Below are positions 14,475-27,353 of a stretch of DNA of 64,000 bases, one piece after another. The stretch comes from Lama glama (lineage: Eukaryota), in contig CM052817.1 in NCBI GenBank assembly GCA_028534125.1, forward strand, positions 77,688,001-77,752,000. Direction: 5' to 3'. The position numbers and the translations under genes were made by a program. The notes under the pieces were generated by a model. The model ran no database searches. It saw only the letters and a list, made by a program, of their open reading frames with translations, and had not been told where the DNA came from. The stretch's first letter is position 1. Every line of letters begins with the position of its first letter.

Positions 14475-14578
14475 GACTTGGGTCCAGGCAATGTTCTATA
14501 CGAGAAGGTAACTCATGTTTCAAAGAATAATTCTACTATTCATAGGCTCCAGAAAGCTCCTCAACATTTCTTCAAAAT
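14475..14578 (+). pseudogene. Probable pseudo-exon (alternative donor at 14507)
   Basis: ttgttgttttag|GACTTG; open frame DLGPGNVLYEKVTHVSKNNSTIHRLQKAPQHFFK; gtaact donor after 14507. Confidence 0.45.
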
Positions 14579-15119
14579 GTATTCATCCATCCATGTAATC
14601 ATTAACAAAGGATTTTTTAATGCCCCCTATGTAAAATAAATTCTAATTATTTTAAAGTGCTTTGTGAAAATATACTACTGCTGGGAAGACAGCTATTAGG
14701 GCATTTATTTTCTGTTTATTTTTCAAGGAAATGTACCCCTTTGAGTTTGATTGGGATATGTATTCCTAAAGTAAATATTGCTATTGATGGCTTCCTGTTT
14801 AATGTCAGGCTAGTTAAGTGACCCTAGATATCTTACAGTTGTATTAAAATTTCTTTAACATGGATTCCAATGTAATTGTTGTCATATTATTTGATATATA
14901 AAACCCAGCTAACTTCTATATTCAAACTCTTACATTTTATTCTTACATTTATTAAGAAACAAATTACTTTACAAAAATAATAAAATTATTATTAAAAATA
15001 ATATTATTTTAAATTAACAACAGTATGTCCATTTAGGACAACATTTAACAAAGGTCACAATTTTTAGACAAAAATTAAATTCACTATCCTGGCTTCCTGA
15101 TTCTTGGGAAGTTATGTAT

Positions 15120-17060
15120 TACTATTTTTTTTTCTTATCTACAAAATTAAATTCTACCAAATCTGTGGAATTTCCTACATCTGGACCCACATCCTCTGCT
15201 TTTCCTGAAGAAGCATGGCTCCTATCACCCCCCCAACTGTGTACTGGGTACTGTTCCTCCATAACTTCTATGAGGCTAGGCTGATCTCTCTTCTGCATCA
15301 TCCTGTCTTTCTGCACTAAATTATTCCCATCAGCTAAAAGCATGGGGAATATCTCCTGTCTCATTAGAAAGAATCCCTCTCTTGACTCCACATCCCATGC
15401 TAGCTCTGCTAGTTTCTCTGCTCCCTTTTATAGTAGAATCCCATACCTGTTTCTATTTTCTTCACTTCCTCATTCTCTGCCTGGATCTTTTACTTGAACC
15501 CACATATCTGACTCCATCACGCACTCTTTCTTGAACCCGCTGCAGTTAGGCTTTCTCCCATTTCAGCTTAATAGACCAGCACTTGTTAAGGTCACAGATG
15601 ACCTCTGTTTTGCCACATTCAATATAAAATTCTCAGTCCTCATCTAATTTGACTTGTCAGCAGCATTTGGAGCAGTGACCACCCCTTCTCCACTTTTTTC
15701 ACTTGGTTTCCAAGACACCACTCTGATCTCCCTTTATCTGCATCTCACTGGCTGCTTGTCTCTCTTAGTTGCTGGATCTGCCTCCTCTTCCTGCCTAGAA
15801 TCCAGTCTTCAGCCCCCCTTTTTATTTCTTACTCATTTCCTCTGCAATCTTATCTCTGCACTGAAAACTTCCAAAATTATATGCCCAGCCAATGTAGAAG
15901 ACTGACTTTCATTTCTCATTGTGACCTACTGACAACTAGGAAAGATGATTCTGTGGCATCCCCCTTTTGTGATTCCATATTCATTGCCTCATCCTTTCTA
16001 CTATCCTTGGGACCAACTATGATGTTCACTTGTCCATTTGTATTTGACAAATACTTATTGAGCAATATGTGCCAGGTTCTATGCTATCTCATCCATAATC
16101 CAGGCTTCTGATGGTTTCTGGTCTTTGCCCTCTTTTCTTTTTTGATCAGTTCTTCTTGCTCAATCATATCCATTCCCATTAGTTCAAGAATATTCTAATG
16201 ATCCATCAAATATTTATCTCCAGCCCAGACATTCTCCCATATGCTGAAAACTCAAAATTCTACCAACTACATTTCTATACCTGGAACAAACACTTCAAAT
16301 TCAACATTACAATTTAAATGCAATTTTGTTAGTAATGCAAACAACACAAACAAATGCCTTCCTGCCCAAATAAGAGATGAGTCATACTCAATTCCTCTTT
16401 TCCCCTCAGTTCACAGTGCCTTTCTAAGTATTTCTAAGGTCATCTTATCTCTGTTCCTACTAATAGTGCTGCATTATTTACTTGCCTTAACCATTTATTC
16501 TTATAAGGGTCTCTTGACCTCTAGTCTTGTAGCCCTCCAATCCTTGACCCACATTACTGGAAGCATGGTCTGCTTAAATTGAAATCTAAATATTTCACTT
16601 CTTTGAATAATATCTTTGATGGCTCTCCATCTCCTAAGGAATAAAGCTCATACCTTCATTCCTCATCAAGAACAGAACCTTTTGAGTCTCATCAGGTCTT
16701 CTTCTGTAAAAACTCTATAGTTCTGGCCCCACAGAATGACTTGCAGACCCATGAAGCCAACATGCTCTTTAAGACCTCTTGGTGGCTGCGTGTGTTCCCA
16801 CATTTTGTGTGTCTGGGGAAGATGCACTCTTCCATCAAGATTCAGATCTATTTATACTATCTTTGAAGCTCCTTAAGCCTTAATGCCACTCAGAGATAGA
16901 CCTTCCCTCTTTTGAGTTATATTATCTTGTATAGATCTCTTCATTTTTTGCCATGTACTTCATGTAGTATAGTTATTTGTCTGTCTGTCTATTCCACTGT
17001 ACACAGAAGTCTATGCAGTTAGAGACCTTATATAATTAATCTTATAATTTCAGCCTTTTT
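15120..17060 (+). mobile_element. Degenerate L2 fragments
   Basis: L2 motifs such as cttgttaaggtcacagatgacctc, tctcagtcctcatctaatttgac and atttatctccagcccagac. Confidence 0.6.
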
Positions 17061-17197
17061 ATTACATGTTTTCTGAAGAAGAGGGAACAGCTGATGTGTA
17101 CTATCCTTTTAATGAATATTTTTAAACTGCAAAAGTTTAGACAAGACATTTTTTCTAAAACATAATAGCTATTTCCCTAATATTAGTTACCCACTAA

Positions 17198-17925
17198 GGT
17201 TTTTTTAATTGAAATATAATTCATGTATCATAAAACTCACCCTTTTAAAGGGTATGATTCAGTGTTTTTTACTATATTCACAAAGTTGTGCAACCATCAC
17301 CATCATATGATTCCAAAATATTTCTAATTCTAGAATATTTTCATTACCCCAAAAAGAAACTCTGATACCATTCCCTGTTACTCTCTAACCCCATCCCCTC
17401 TCCAGACTAACTAATCTATTTTCCACTTCTGTTCTGGCCATTTAATATAAATTGAATTATATAATATGTGGCCTTTTATGTCTGGCTTCTTTCACTTAGC
17501 ACAATGTTTTCAAGTTTCATCCAGGTTATAGCATGTATCATTCCTTTTTTATGAGTGAATAATATTCCACCATATGTATACACCATATTTTGTTTACCCA
17601 TTCTTCAATTGATGGACAGTTGGGTTTTTCTATTTTTGGCTAGTGCTTCTGTTAACACTAATGTACAAGTGTTTGTGTGGGTGTATGTTTTCAATTCTCT
17701 GAGGTATATATAAGAAATGGGAATTGTTGAGTCACATGATAACTCTGTTTAACTGTTTAAGGAACTGACAAATTGTCTTCCAAAGTGACTGCACAATTTT
17801 ACATTCCCATGATCTATGTATGAGGGTTCCAATTTCCCTACATCCTCATTAATACTTGTTATTGTCCATCTCTTTTTATTATAGCCTTCTTAATCAGTAT
17901 GGAGTGGTAGTTCATTGTGGTTATA
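17198..17925 (-). mobile_element. Old L1 (L1MB/ME-like) 3' fragment
   Basis: T tail, then antisense L1 3' UTR/ORF2 end (ttcacttagcacaatgttttcaagtttcatcc). Confidence 0.85.
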
Positions 17926-17944
17926 AGGGTTTGATATCATCCTC

Positions 17945-18029
17945 TTGTAAAAGAGTTATAAAGAGTTTTATTCTATCTCAAATCAGTAAACAAATATTTT
18001 GTTTTATACTACTCTGAGATAAATGTGAG
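17945..18029 (+). pseudogene. Pseudo-exon 3' part
   Basis: KRVIKSFILSQISKQIFCFILL*DKCE|gtaagc vs STRC [21 protein letters not shown]; strong donor site. Confidence 0.65.
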
Positions 18030-18607
18030 GTAAGCCTCTCAGAAGACAGAGCTATCTTTTTCTTACCTAAACATCTTTAACGTTTCACAGGACTTAGCAT
18101 ATTTTAAATTATTTATTATTCTTAAGATTCTTCCAAGATTTTCTCCTGTTTCCCAATTTTTACGGCAATATAAGGCCCCCAAGTAGAAAGCTCTTAATTA
18201 AGATTTGACATATGTTAATTTTGAGGGAAAAATACTTTCCATTTTCCTATTTATCTTACATGTAAACATTATATGACAGTGTAGGGCTAAGGACTGAGAT
18301 AACATATTTAATCTGGTGTCCTTTGTGACTCTTTAGATTTTTTTTCCTTGTTAGTTCTTAACTAGTCTTTCAGTCTTTCCTGATAACTAGCTAGTACCTT
18401 GTTTTTGTCTGTAATTAACCCACCTATCTTAGTATTACTTGAAAACTTTCATAAACATACTATAAATTTCTTTCTGTTGCCTAACATGGTATTTAATATA
18501 GATGGTGGGTTTTAGAAATTGGATGCTTTATTTGAACATGTGGTAGGTGAAGTGACATTTGTTATAGTGGCTGTTTGTACTTTCACACACACATTCCCTT
18601 GTTTGAG

Positions 18608-18819
18608 TCTTTCAAATGAGGTGACTGTGACTGTGGTCAGGATTCCAGTCTATATTTGAGGAGAGGATTATTTTAGTTTACACAAAAAAGTGGTGACAAT
18701 GATTTGCCCAGATGGATTCTCCAAGCTGATAAGATAGGGCCAGATGCTGCAGGCCATTTTCTGCAGTGTTAGGGCTTTTGAGAGACGTCTGTTGACATGT
18801 CCAAATACATTCTGATGGG
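18608..18819 (+). pseudogene. Pseudo-exon
   Basis: cccttgtttgag acceptor, phase 0. QDSSLYLRRGLF*FTQKSGDNDLPRWILQADKIGPDAAGHFLQC vs STRC [40 protein letters not shown]. Confidence 0.65.
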
Positions 18820-19811
18820 GTAGTTGCTCTGTTTTTCCCGTGCTTATATAAATATTCATCCAATGATCTTATGTTCAGACACTAAGAATTTCTTAGTTTG
18901 TCTGTAGGCTTTTAGCTTAGTCACTGACTAAATGCTTCATTTGTTCATTCATTCACAATTTATTCACCCTGGATCCACAGTGGTGTGTCTATCATTTTCA
19001 TTATTATTAAAACATATGTCCTCAAAGACCTCTCTGACCTTTCTTTCAAGCTACCATGTGTTTATGTAGTTGTACATGGCCTAATCCACCCATTCTATAC
19101 AACTTTACCTTCTAAGCTTCTATCCTAGCTTAAATATTTTAACTTTACCCTCATCTGAGTGCACATTGGACATTCAGCTTAGTGTCACTTCACCTTTGCA
19201 AATATGCACAACTAAACATTAATCACCATGTTATTCATCTTACCAATTATACACAATTATTTTATTTTGTCCTTGAAGTCTAAAGTAATAAGCATTCATG
19301 TTTCTGTCTCTTAATATACAATGAGTAAAGAAAGGAAAGCAAATTATGCATGTAGAAGAATAATTCATACAACATGATAAATGCTTGGGAGTTACATTAG
19401 CTTAAATATATTTCATCAGTGATGGATAGTCAGGCTACATTTTTGTCCACTAATGCATTTTGATTATAAAACATTTTATTTTGTGTCCTGCAATTTCTTT
19501 GTTACAATGACTTTTCCTAAAAGGGTAATATTTTTAGTTGATTCTCAAGTTAAGATTGATATTGGCAAGCAGCCAGCTTCCCCAGTTCAAGTACATCTTT
19601 CTCACCAGTAAACGTTCTTGCTTTTGTTGTTTACATCTTTAAAGAAAATGCATTTAATTTGTGTCAGTGGGAGATCTGATGAGCCATAAAAATTTGTTCT
19701 CTCTCTCCCTCCTCCCCCAAGGATAGTATGCTTATCTAACTAAAAATTTGAGGCAGATTATCTTTCCTCAAATATATGAAAAGGAGAAACAGTGAATGCT
19801 ATGTGTTCTAG

Positions 19812-19930
19812 CAAGTGGAACAAAAAGATGTGATGCCAGGCAGATATCCCTTTTATCATGCAGCTCATGTCATGAGGGGGTTTGTCACCACTGTAATTAG
19901 CATGTACCCTGTGGAGTCTGGAGCCTACAG
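19812..19930 (+). pseudogene. Pseudo-exon with still-open frame
   Basis: tgttctag|CAAGTG...TACAG|gtatgt. QVEQKDVMPGRYPFYHAAHVMRGFVTTVISMYP vs STRC [22 protein letters not shown]. Confidence 0.7.
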
Positions 19931-20873
19931 GTATGTCTGTAAATGGACGGATAAGATAAAACCTTATCTAGAGTTCCCATAGATACTGCATCATTGGATG
20001 TGCAATCAATCACATGCTCACAGTCCATAAACTTGAGCAGAGTGTAGCACTGGGTTTGGATGAGATGGTTTTATGATTCCAGATGTTCTGTAATATTTCA
20101 AATTTGCTTTTTACTAAATGATTCACCAAATACCATATTTTTAGAAAACTTTTTCTTTCTGTACAAGTTGCATTTACTTTCTCTAAGAAAGAAGAGACAT
20201 CTTCACTCCCAAGTAATAAATTTCAGTGCATTCCCAGATCTTAGTCTATGTCTTATATCATCATATGACTTTCAACAACTTCTGAATTCATAGATTTAAA
20301 GTTGTTCTGTCCCATTTTGTTGGCGTCATTGGTCAAATTCTTATTAGAATGGCCTTAGAATCCTAACTTTAGTAGCAGTACCGTGTAGGACAAGCCTGGA
20401 TCTTGCAGACTGGATGCCTGGCTATGCTCTTACTCAGGCTATACAGCCATGTAAAGCTTCAGTTTTCCTGTATATAAAATGGATAATAATAAAATGGGAG
20501 AGTCTCCTTATCTGAGCAGGATTGATACTAAAAGAAAAACTTACTTAAAATGAATTGACTTCAAATATTCTATATCACTTATAGCAAATTGTAAGAAGTT
20601 TGAAAATTCATCTTTATAAATTTAAGCTAAACTATATGAAAATGAATTCATCTTAATTCATAGTTAATATTGCAAAGATAAGTTATTTCTTGGCATAATA
20701 ACGAATCAGGTAGTAATTTCTGACATAATTTTTTGGGATAAAATTATATGATAGCATGATATTAATTCTTAACTTTAGATTTGGCTTTTATAACAGGATC
20801 ATGATCTTTTGATAAATCATAGTTTTCTGAAGAACATAACCTGTTAAAAGTTTGCTGATTTTCTCATTTTCAG

Positions 20874-21119
20874 TTCACTCTTCTAAATTCTGCCAGATCC
20901 TCATTTGTTAATGTCTTTGCGATTTGAACAGTGTTCTAACATTTTTTTATCAACTTCCTCTTTTCTAAAATCTATAATTATACAGTGTTGTTGGTTTTTA
21001 CCATGGTGCTGGATGTTTGATACAATTAAGAAACCGAGGGACAAAAACTTTGGCTCCTGTACTGTAACGATGGTATTTAGAAGTGATGCTTGTCTGAGTG
21101 GGAATTCATTCTATAAGTG
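20874..21119 (+). pseudogene. Pseudo-exon
   Basis: ttctcattttcag acceptor; phase 2 matches the previous exon. SLF*ILPDPHLLMSL...FLSTSSFLKSI...KNFG / (shift) RWYLEVM vs STRC SQLFIDLSPLIPFL...LLANDSVLAAI...ELFGEVPAWPQELL. Confidence 0.7.
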
Positions 21120-22144
21120 GTCAACTTATTAGTGAATATTTTGTATTATTGTGACTTACTTTCCTCTTACCTGGGACTCAGTAAATGAATACTGATATAA
21201 AATCTCCCCAACTCACCTGTATTATTGAGAAAACTAAATGTGGGACTGTATCTAAAACCCCTAGCAAAGTGTCTTGCATATATTAATCAAACCATACATA
21301 TTAGTGATTGTTACTTTTATCATTACTTTACCAACAGTCTCTAACAAAGACAGTTAACCATAAGCAGTAAGTCTTCTGGGTCCCACTAGGAGAATGGATG
21401 TAACCATCCAGCAACTTATAAACTTTAGGTTCATAGACACTACAGTGATCTAGGCCACCCACTTCACTTTTTTAATTCACCAGTTTAATAACTTCTACAA
21501 ACCAACTAACAGAAAATACTTTTTTAGAAACTCTGTAGCCCACTCCATTCATGTTGTTTTTCTCTTCAAAGAGAAGACATAGAAAATACAGATAAAGAGT
21601 TTAGGACTCTCAGTCAGAGACTGAAAAGGAGAACAGTATTGGCTGAATCAGGGACTGAATGAGAGACCAGGACAGTATGTCAGCTGCAATTTCTTTTAGA
21701 AAGTTTGCCTCCTTACTTTCCTCCATTTCTTTTTCCTTCAATTTGCCTGCAGTCCTTTTTAAGCTAAGATAGAAATCAAAAGTAAAAGTAAGATCCAATC
21801 ATTATGATTTTTTTTGAGACTGTGGAGAAAAGAGCCAAAAATGAAGATAAATGGAGAGAGAACCCTGGTTGAGAGCACGCAGTCCCCAATTCCTGGGGCT
21901 TGCAGTCAAAATGACCTTGCTAACAAATTAACCTTATGTAGGATAGTTACCGTTTCTTCAGCTCGGCCCCCACATCCTTTCAATCCTTGCTTCCACTCCT
22001 AGTTTTATTTTTTAAATGTAGGTTATCAGATCGGTAGATGCTTTACTGTCTGGTCAGATGTTTCTCAAAATTAAAGTACTTAAAAATCCCCTGGGAATTT
22101 TGCTAAAATGCAGGTTCTGACTCAGGAGGTCTGGGGAAGGGGCC

Positions 22145-23200
22145 AGGAGTTCAAGATTAGCAGATACTAACTACTATATAAAAAACAGATAAACAACAAG
22201 TTCATACTGTATAGCACAGGGAACTATATTCAATATCTTGTAGAAATTTACAGTGAAAAAGAATATGAAAACAAGTATATGTATGCTCATGTGTGACTGA
22301 AGCATTATGCTGTACACCAGAAATTGACACATTATAAACTGACTATATTTCAATTAAAAAAAAATATATATACAAGAAAAAATAGAAAACATATTAGAAA
22401 ATGTTGCAAAAGACTTACATGGATGGGCACTTGACCAAAAAGAGTACCCAAAGTGCCAGTAATATATGAATTTGCCATCAGGGAAATACAAATTAAAACT
22501 ATACTAAGCTATCACCCCACACCTTCCGAATGTCTAAAATTAAAAAGATTGACAATACCAAACTCAGGCAATGATTTGGAGCAACTGGAACTCTCATACA
22601 TCGTTAGTAGGAGTGTAAATGGATATGGCAACTTTAGAAAAACTTTTGGTGATAAATATTAAAACTGAACAAATGTATAGCCAATGACTCAGCAATTCTA
22701 CTTATAGATACATATGCAACAGACATGTGAATTACAGAAAGTCATGTACATGAATATGCACATTCTTAAGCATTCATAATAGCCACACCTGGGAACAATT
22801 CAAATATCTAATGGATAAATAAATTGCATTTTATTCATTCAATGACATACTATTTAGTGATGAACATGAATAATTGCTACATATAAAAATAAGGGTGGAA
22901 TCTCATAAAATAGCATCCAGTAAAAGAAGCCAGACACAAAGAAGTACACATTGCTTGATTCTATTTTCATGAAGGTCAAAAACAGGTAAAACTGATCTAT
23001 AGTGTTAGAAGTCAGGAGAGTTACTTTTGCAAGGGAGGGAGTAGCAACTGGCAGGGGCTTGGGGAGGACTTTTGGAGTCCTTTGGTGGTTACCTAGGTAT
23101 GTTCCTCTTATGAAAATTCACTGAGATGTAAACCTATGTAAATGTAGGCTAATGCATATACTTTCCTGTATCTATGTTACTTTTTTCACTAAAAATAAAA
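22145..23200 (+). mobile_element. Young L1 3' end (22145-22365) followed by an older L1M 3' fragment
   Basis: gtatagcacagggaactatattcaatatcttg and A tail; then IREIQIKTILSYH ORF2 tail and an old 3' UTR. Confidence 0.8.
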
Positions 23201-23495
23201 TATATAGAGTTAAAGTGTTTTAAGTCTCTGTGTTTTTAATATCATCTGTTAATAGTTTTTTCCCCTCTATAAAAAAAAGAATTTTCTTCATTTCATTCTT
23301 TTGCCTTGCAAAACTGAAATCTATTTTATAAACAAACTTTTATGATACTTATAAAATACATTTCAATTACTGCTTTTTTTGTCCCCAGGTTTTGCCTTTT
23401 CGACATCAAATTCATTCTGTGTGCTTTTTTTTTCCCCTGGTCTGACCCAACCACCCTGTTTCTTGTCACTTTTCCATTTGCCTTTTATGTTTCAG

Positions 23496-23812
23496 TAGAG
23501 CTCCAGTAATAATCCTATTTGACCTTAAGACAAATACATTATCAAACATTAAACAAAGATCAGTTACCACGGACTTGATGTGTGATCTCATTCCATCTAA
23601 CATTTAAGAAAATAACAGTCCTCTAAGAATGATGGGACAATTGCTTCCTGAGTATGTGAAGCTTATAACTGAATGGATGTTCTTTGGAAAAAAGCACAGA
23701 TGATGGGACTATAAAGGGAATTCATCCTGTCAAAAATGAAGAACCACCTCCGTCATCATAGCTTTGCACATTTTCCACTGCCAACACCCAGGATAGGCCA
23801 TACCAGCACATG
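23496..23812 (+). pseudogene. Probable pseudo-exon (additional repeat unit)
   Basis: ttatgtttcag acceptor, TG|gtgaga donor. SVTTDLMCDLIP and MDVLWKKAQMMGL*REFILSKMKN...RIGHTSTW, ending in the family G-x-x-S-x-W motif. Confidence 0.55.
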
Positions 23813-24139
23813 GTGAGAATCGTTTGGAAAAGACTTGGGTTCTGGGGCCATCAGATAGAGATTCAAACTCTAGATTTTACTAAGTGTGTTCTTGAGCACC
23901 TGTTCAATCTCTCTGAACTTCAATTGACTTCTCTATAAAAATGGGGATAAAAATAACTACATCACAAAACTGTTGCAGGGGTTTCAAGTACATAGACAAA
24001 AGTCATGACAAAATACATACACAAAAGTCTCTAACATAATATTTATTACATCTAGATGTTCAAAAGATGAAACTTTCTTCTCTTTTCTATCCTTTTCCTT
24101 TTTGAGGCAAAAATATGTCATTGCAATTGTGTGCAATCA

Positions 24140-26385
24140 TATTTGAGTTTTTTAAACATCTTTATTGTGTTATAATTTCTATACAGTAAACTACACATAT
24201 TTCAGACGTACAATTTGATGAATTCTGACAGATGTATGAAACCATCTATAAAACCACCCTCACAATCAAGATACCTAACATTTCCATCACTCCCCAAGAG
24301 GTGCAAATTTCGAATTGCTAATTTATCCTTTCCCACACCCTTTACCCCTGGTAACCCTAAGTTTGTTCTCTATGTTTGTGAGTATGTTTCTGTTTTGTAG
24401 ATAAGTTCATGTGTGTCCTTTTTCACAGATTCCACATATAAGCCATATCATATGGTATTTTTCTTTCTTTTATTCTTTTTTAGGGCTAAGTGGTATTCCA
24501 CTGTGTGTGTTTGTTGGGGGGTGTTCTATATGGGTTTCCATACAAATTTTAACACTTTTTGTTCCAGCTCCATGAAAAATGTCATTGGTAATTTGATAAG
24601 GATTGCATTCAATCTATATATTGCCTTGGGTAGTATGGCCATTTTAACAATATTGATTCTTCCAATCCAAGAACACAGTATATCTTTCCATCTGTTTATG
24701 TCATCTTCAATTTCTTTCATCAGTGTCTTATAGTTTTTCCTAGTATACATCTTTTACCTCCTTAGGTTGGTTTATTCCTAGGTATTTTATTCTTTTTGAT
24801 GTGATGGTAAACAGGATTATATTCTTAATTTCTCTTTCTGATATTTCATTGTTAGTGTGTAGAACAGCAACAGATTTCTGTATATTAATTTTGTATCCTG
24901 CAACTTTATTGAATTCATTGATGAACTCCAGTGGTTTTCTGGTAGCAACTTTAGGATTTTATATGTATCAGTATCACATCATCTGCAGTAACAGTTTTAC
25001 TTCTTTTTTTCCAGTTTGGATTCCTTTTACTTCTTTTTCTTCTCTGACTGCTGTGGCTAGGACTTCCAAAACTATGTTGAATAAAAGTGGTAATGGACAT
25101 CCTTGTCTTGTTCCTGATCTTAGAGGAAATGCTCTCAGCTTTTCATCATTGAGTATGATGTTAGCTGTGGGTTTGTCATATATGGCTTTTATTATGTTGA
25201 GGTATGTTCCACCTATGCCCACTTTCTGGAGAGTTTTTATTATAAATGGATGTTGAGTTTTATCAAAAGCTTTTTCTGCATCTACTGAGATGATTATACG
25301 GTTTTTATTCTTCAATTTGTTAATGTGATGTATCACATTAATTGACTGTGGATATTGAAAAATCCTTGCATCCCTGGAATAAATCCAACTTGATCCTTTT
25401 AATGTATTTTGGATTTAGTTTGCTAGTATTTTGTTAAAATCTTTTCAGCAACTGAAAATTATATATATATATAACTTCTATACTAAAACCTCACGGTAAC
25501 CACAAACCAAAAATCTGTAATAGGTATACACACAAAAAAGAAAGGAATCCCAAACTACAATTAGGTATCACTTCACATCGGTCAGAACGGCCATCATTAA
25601 AAAGTCTACAAATGATAAATGTTGGAGAGGGTGTGGAGAAAAAGGAACCCTTCTACACTGTTTGTGGGAATGTAAATTGGTGCATTCACTATAGAGAATG
25701 ATATGGAGGTTCCTTAAAAAACTAAAAATAGATTTACCATCTGATCTTGCAATCCCACTCCTGGGCATATTATCTGGAGGAAACTCTAATTCAAAAAGAT
25801 ACATACACCCAGTCAGTGTTCACAGCAGCACTATTTACAATAGCCAAGATATGGAAGCAACCTAAATGTCCATCAACAGATTAATGGATAAAGAGGATAT
25901 AGTATATACATATACCATGTAACATTACTCAGCCATAAAAACAATGAAATAATGCCATTTGCAGCAACATGGATGGACCTAGAGATTATCATATTAAATG
26001 AAGTTAAGTAAGACAGAGAAAGACAAATATCATACGATATCACTTATGTGTGGAATCTAAAAAAAATGATACAAATGAATTTATTTATAAACCAGAAATA
26101 GACTTACAGCCATAGAAAACAAACTACAGTTACTAAAGGGGAAAGGAGGGGAAAGGATAAATTAGGAGTTTGGGATTAACATATATACACTACGATATAT
26201 AAAACAGATAAACAACAAGGACCTACTGTATAGCACAGGGAATTATATTCAATATCTTACAATTACCTATAATGGAAAAGAATCTGAGAAAAGAATGGAA
26301 AAGAATCTGTGTAACTAAATCACTTTGCTGTGCACCTGAAACTAATACAACATTGTAAATCAACTATACTTCAATTAAAAAAAAT
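24140..26385. mobile_element. L1 cluster: antisense 3' UTR and ORF2 pieces (to ~25440) joined to a sense 3' end (~25556-26385)
   Basis: Minus-strand ORF2 motifs [34 protein letters not shown]; sense 3' UTR with A tail. Confidence 0.9.
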
Positions 26386-27260
26386 ATGTAGTGAGGTGAA
26401 GCAACTTGCCTAAGGTGGCCATTGAAAGGTAGGAGTCAAAAAAAAAAAAGATTCCACATATAAGCGATCTCATATGGTATTTTTCTTTCTCTTTCTGGTT
26501 TACTTCACTTAGAATGACATTCTCCAGTAACCATCCATGTTGCTGCAAATGGTGTTATGTTGTCGGTTTTTATGGCTGAATAGTATTCCATTGTATAAAT
26601 ATACCACATCTTCTTTAAAAAGTTAGGCGTCAATGAATTATCTCTCCTCTACTCTGAGTTCCAAATGGTAGAAACAAATGTTGAGAAAAGGAGAAAAGAC
26701 AGTGTATTAATGGCTGGTAAAGCTGAAATAGAAAATGTAGCTGAGATCTGAGTTTGAAATGGCAGCGTTCTATAACTTTGACTCAAAATGGAGACCTTAG
26801 AACTCTTCTGCAGGTGGAGCTGGCTTTGCAAAGCTGGCTCCACATACACTTACCACACCAGTCCCACAAAGGAGACCAGGTCTGCCTGGTAAGCATAGAC
26901 ACTGCAGAGTGCAGTGTAAGACAGAAAGATGAACCCTCATGATGTGTGTACAATAACCCTCCTCGGGCAACACTCCTCCATTAGAGAATGCCCTATAGAC
27001 CAGCAGATGCTTTTAACGTGCTAGAAAACATTTATTTAAAATACTATTTGCTCTGTAATCTTACCTAGAGTATTATTTTGTTTAGTCTGCCTTTTCAAAC
27101 TACTTAATCAGGGAAAATGACAACCTAGAACCTGCCCAAATGATCATTAATAACAGGTTATTATTATTACTATTATTATTTTGTTTATCACTTTTCTTAT
27201 TGTTTGGTAGGTTTTTCCCCTTAGCATCAAACAACTTAGTATGATATCTTGTAAATAAAA

Positions 27261-27353
27261 GTCTTTGGAGAATATACAGAAAGTTGTCCCTTTGCTTATT
27301 CAAATTGAATAAGTCCTCCAAATTCTTGAGGAGCTCTTTTACAGTTTCAAACT
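27261..27353 (+). pseudogene. Probable pseudo-exon with mutated acceptor
   Basis: First G completes the Trp codon of the previous exon: (W)SLENIQKVVPLLIQIE*VLQI vs STRC WPQELLWAVLPLLPHL. The acceptor reads AA instead of AG. Confidence 0.55.

Noticed and set aside
26814..26888. Exon-like segment ctgcag|...|gtaagc
   Set aside because: No family similarity, and the flanking fossil exons join without it; not excluded but unsupported.
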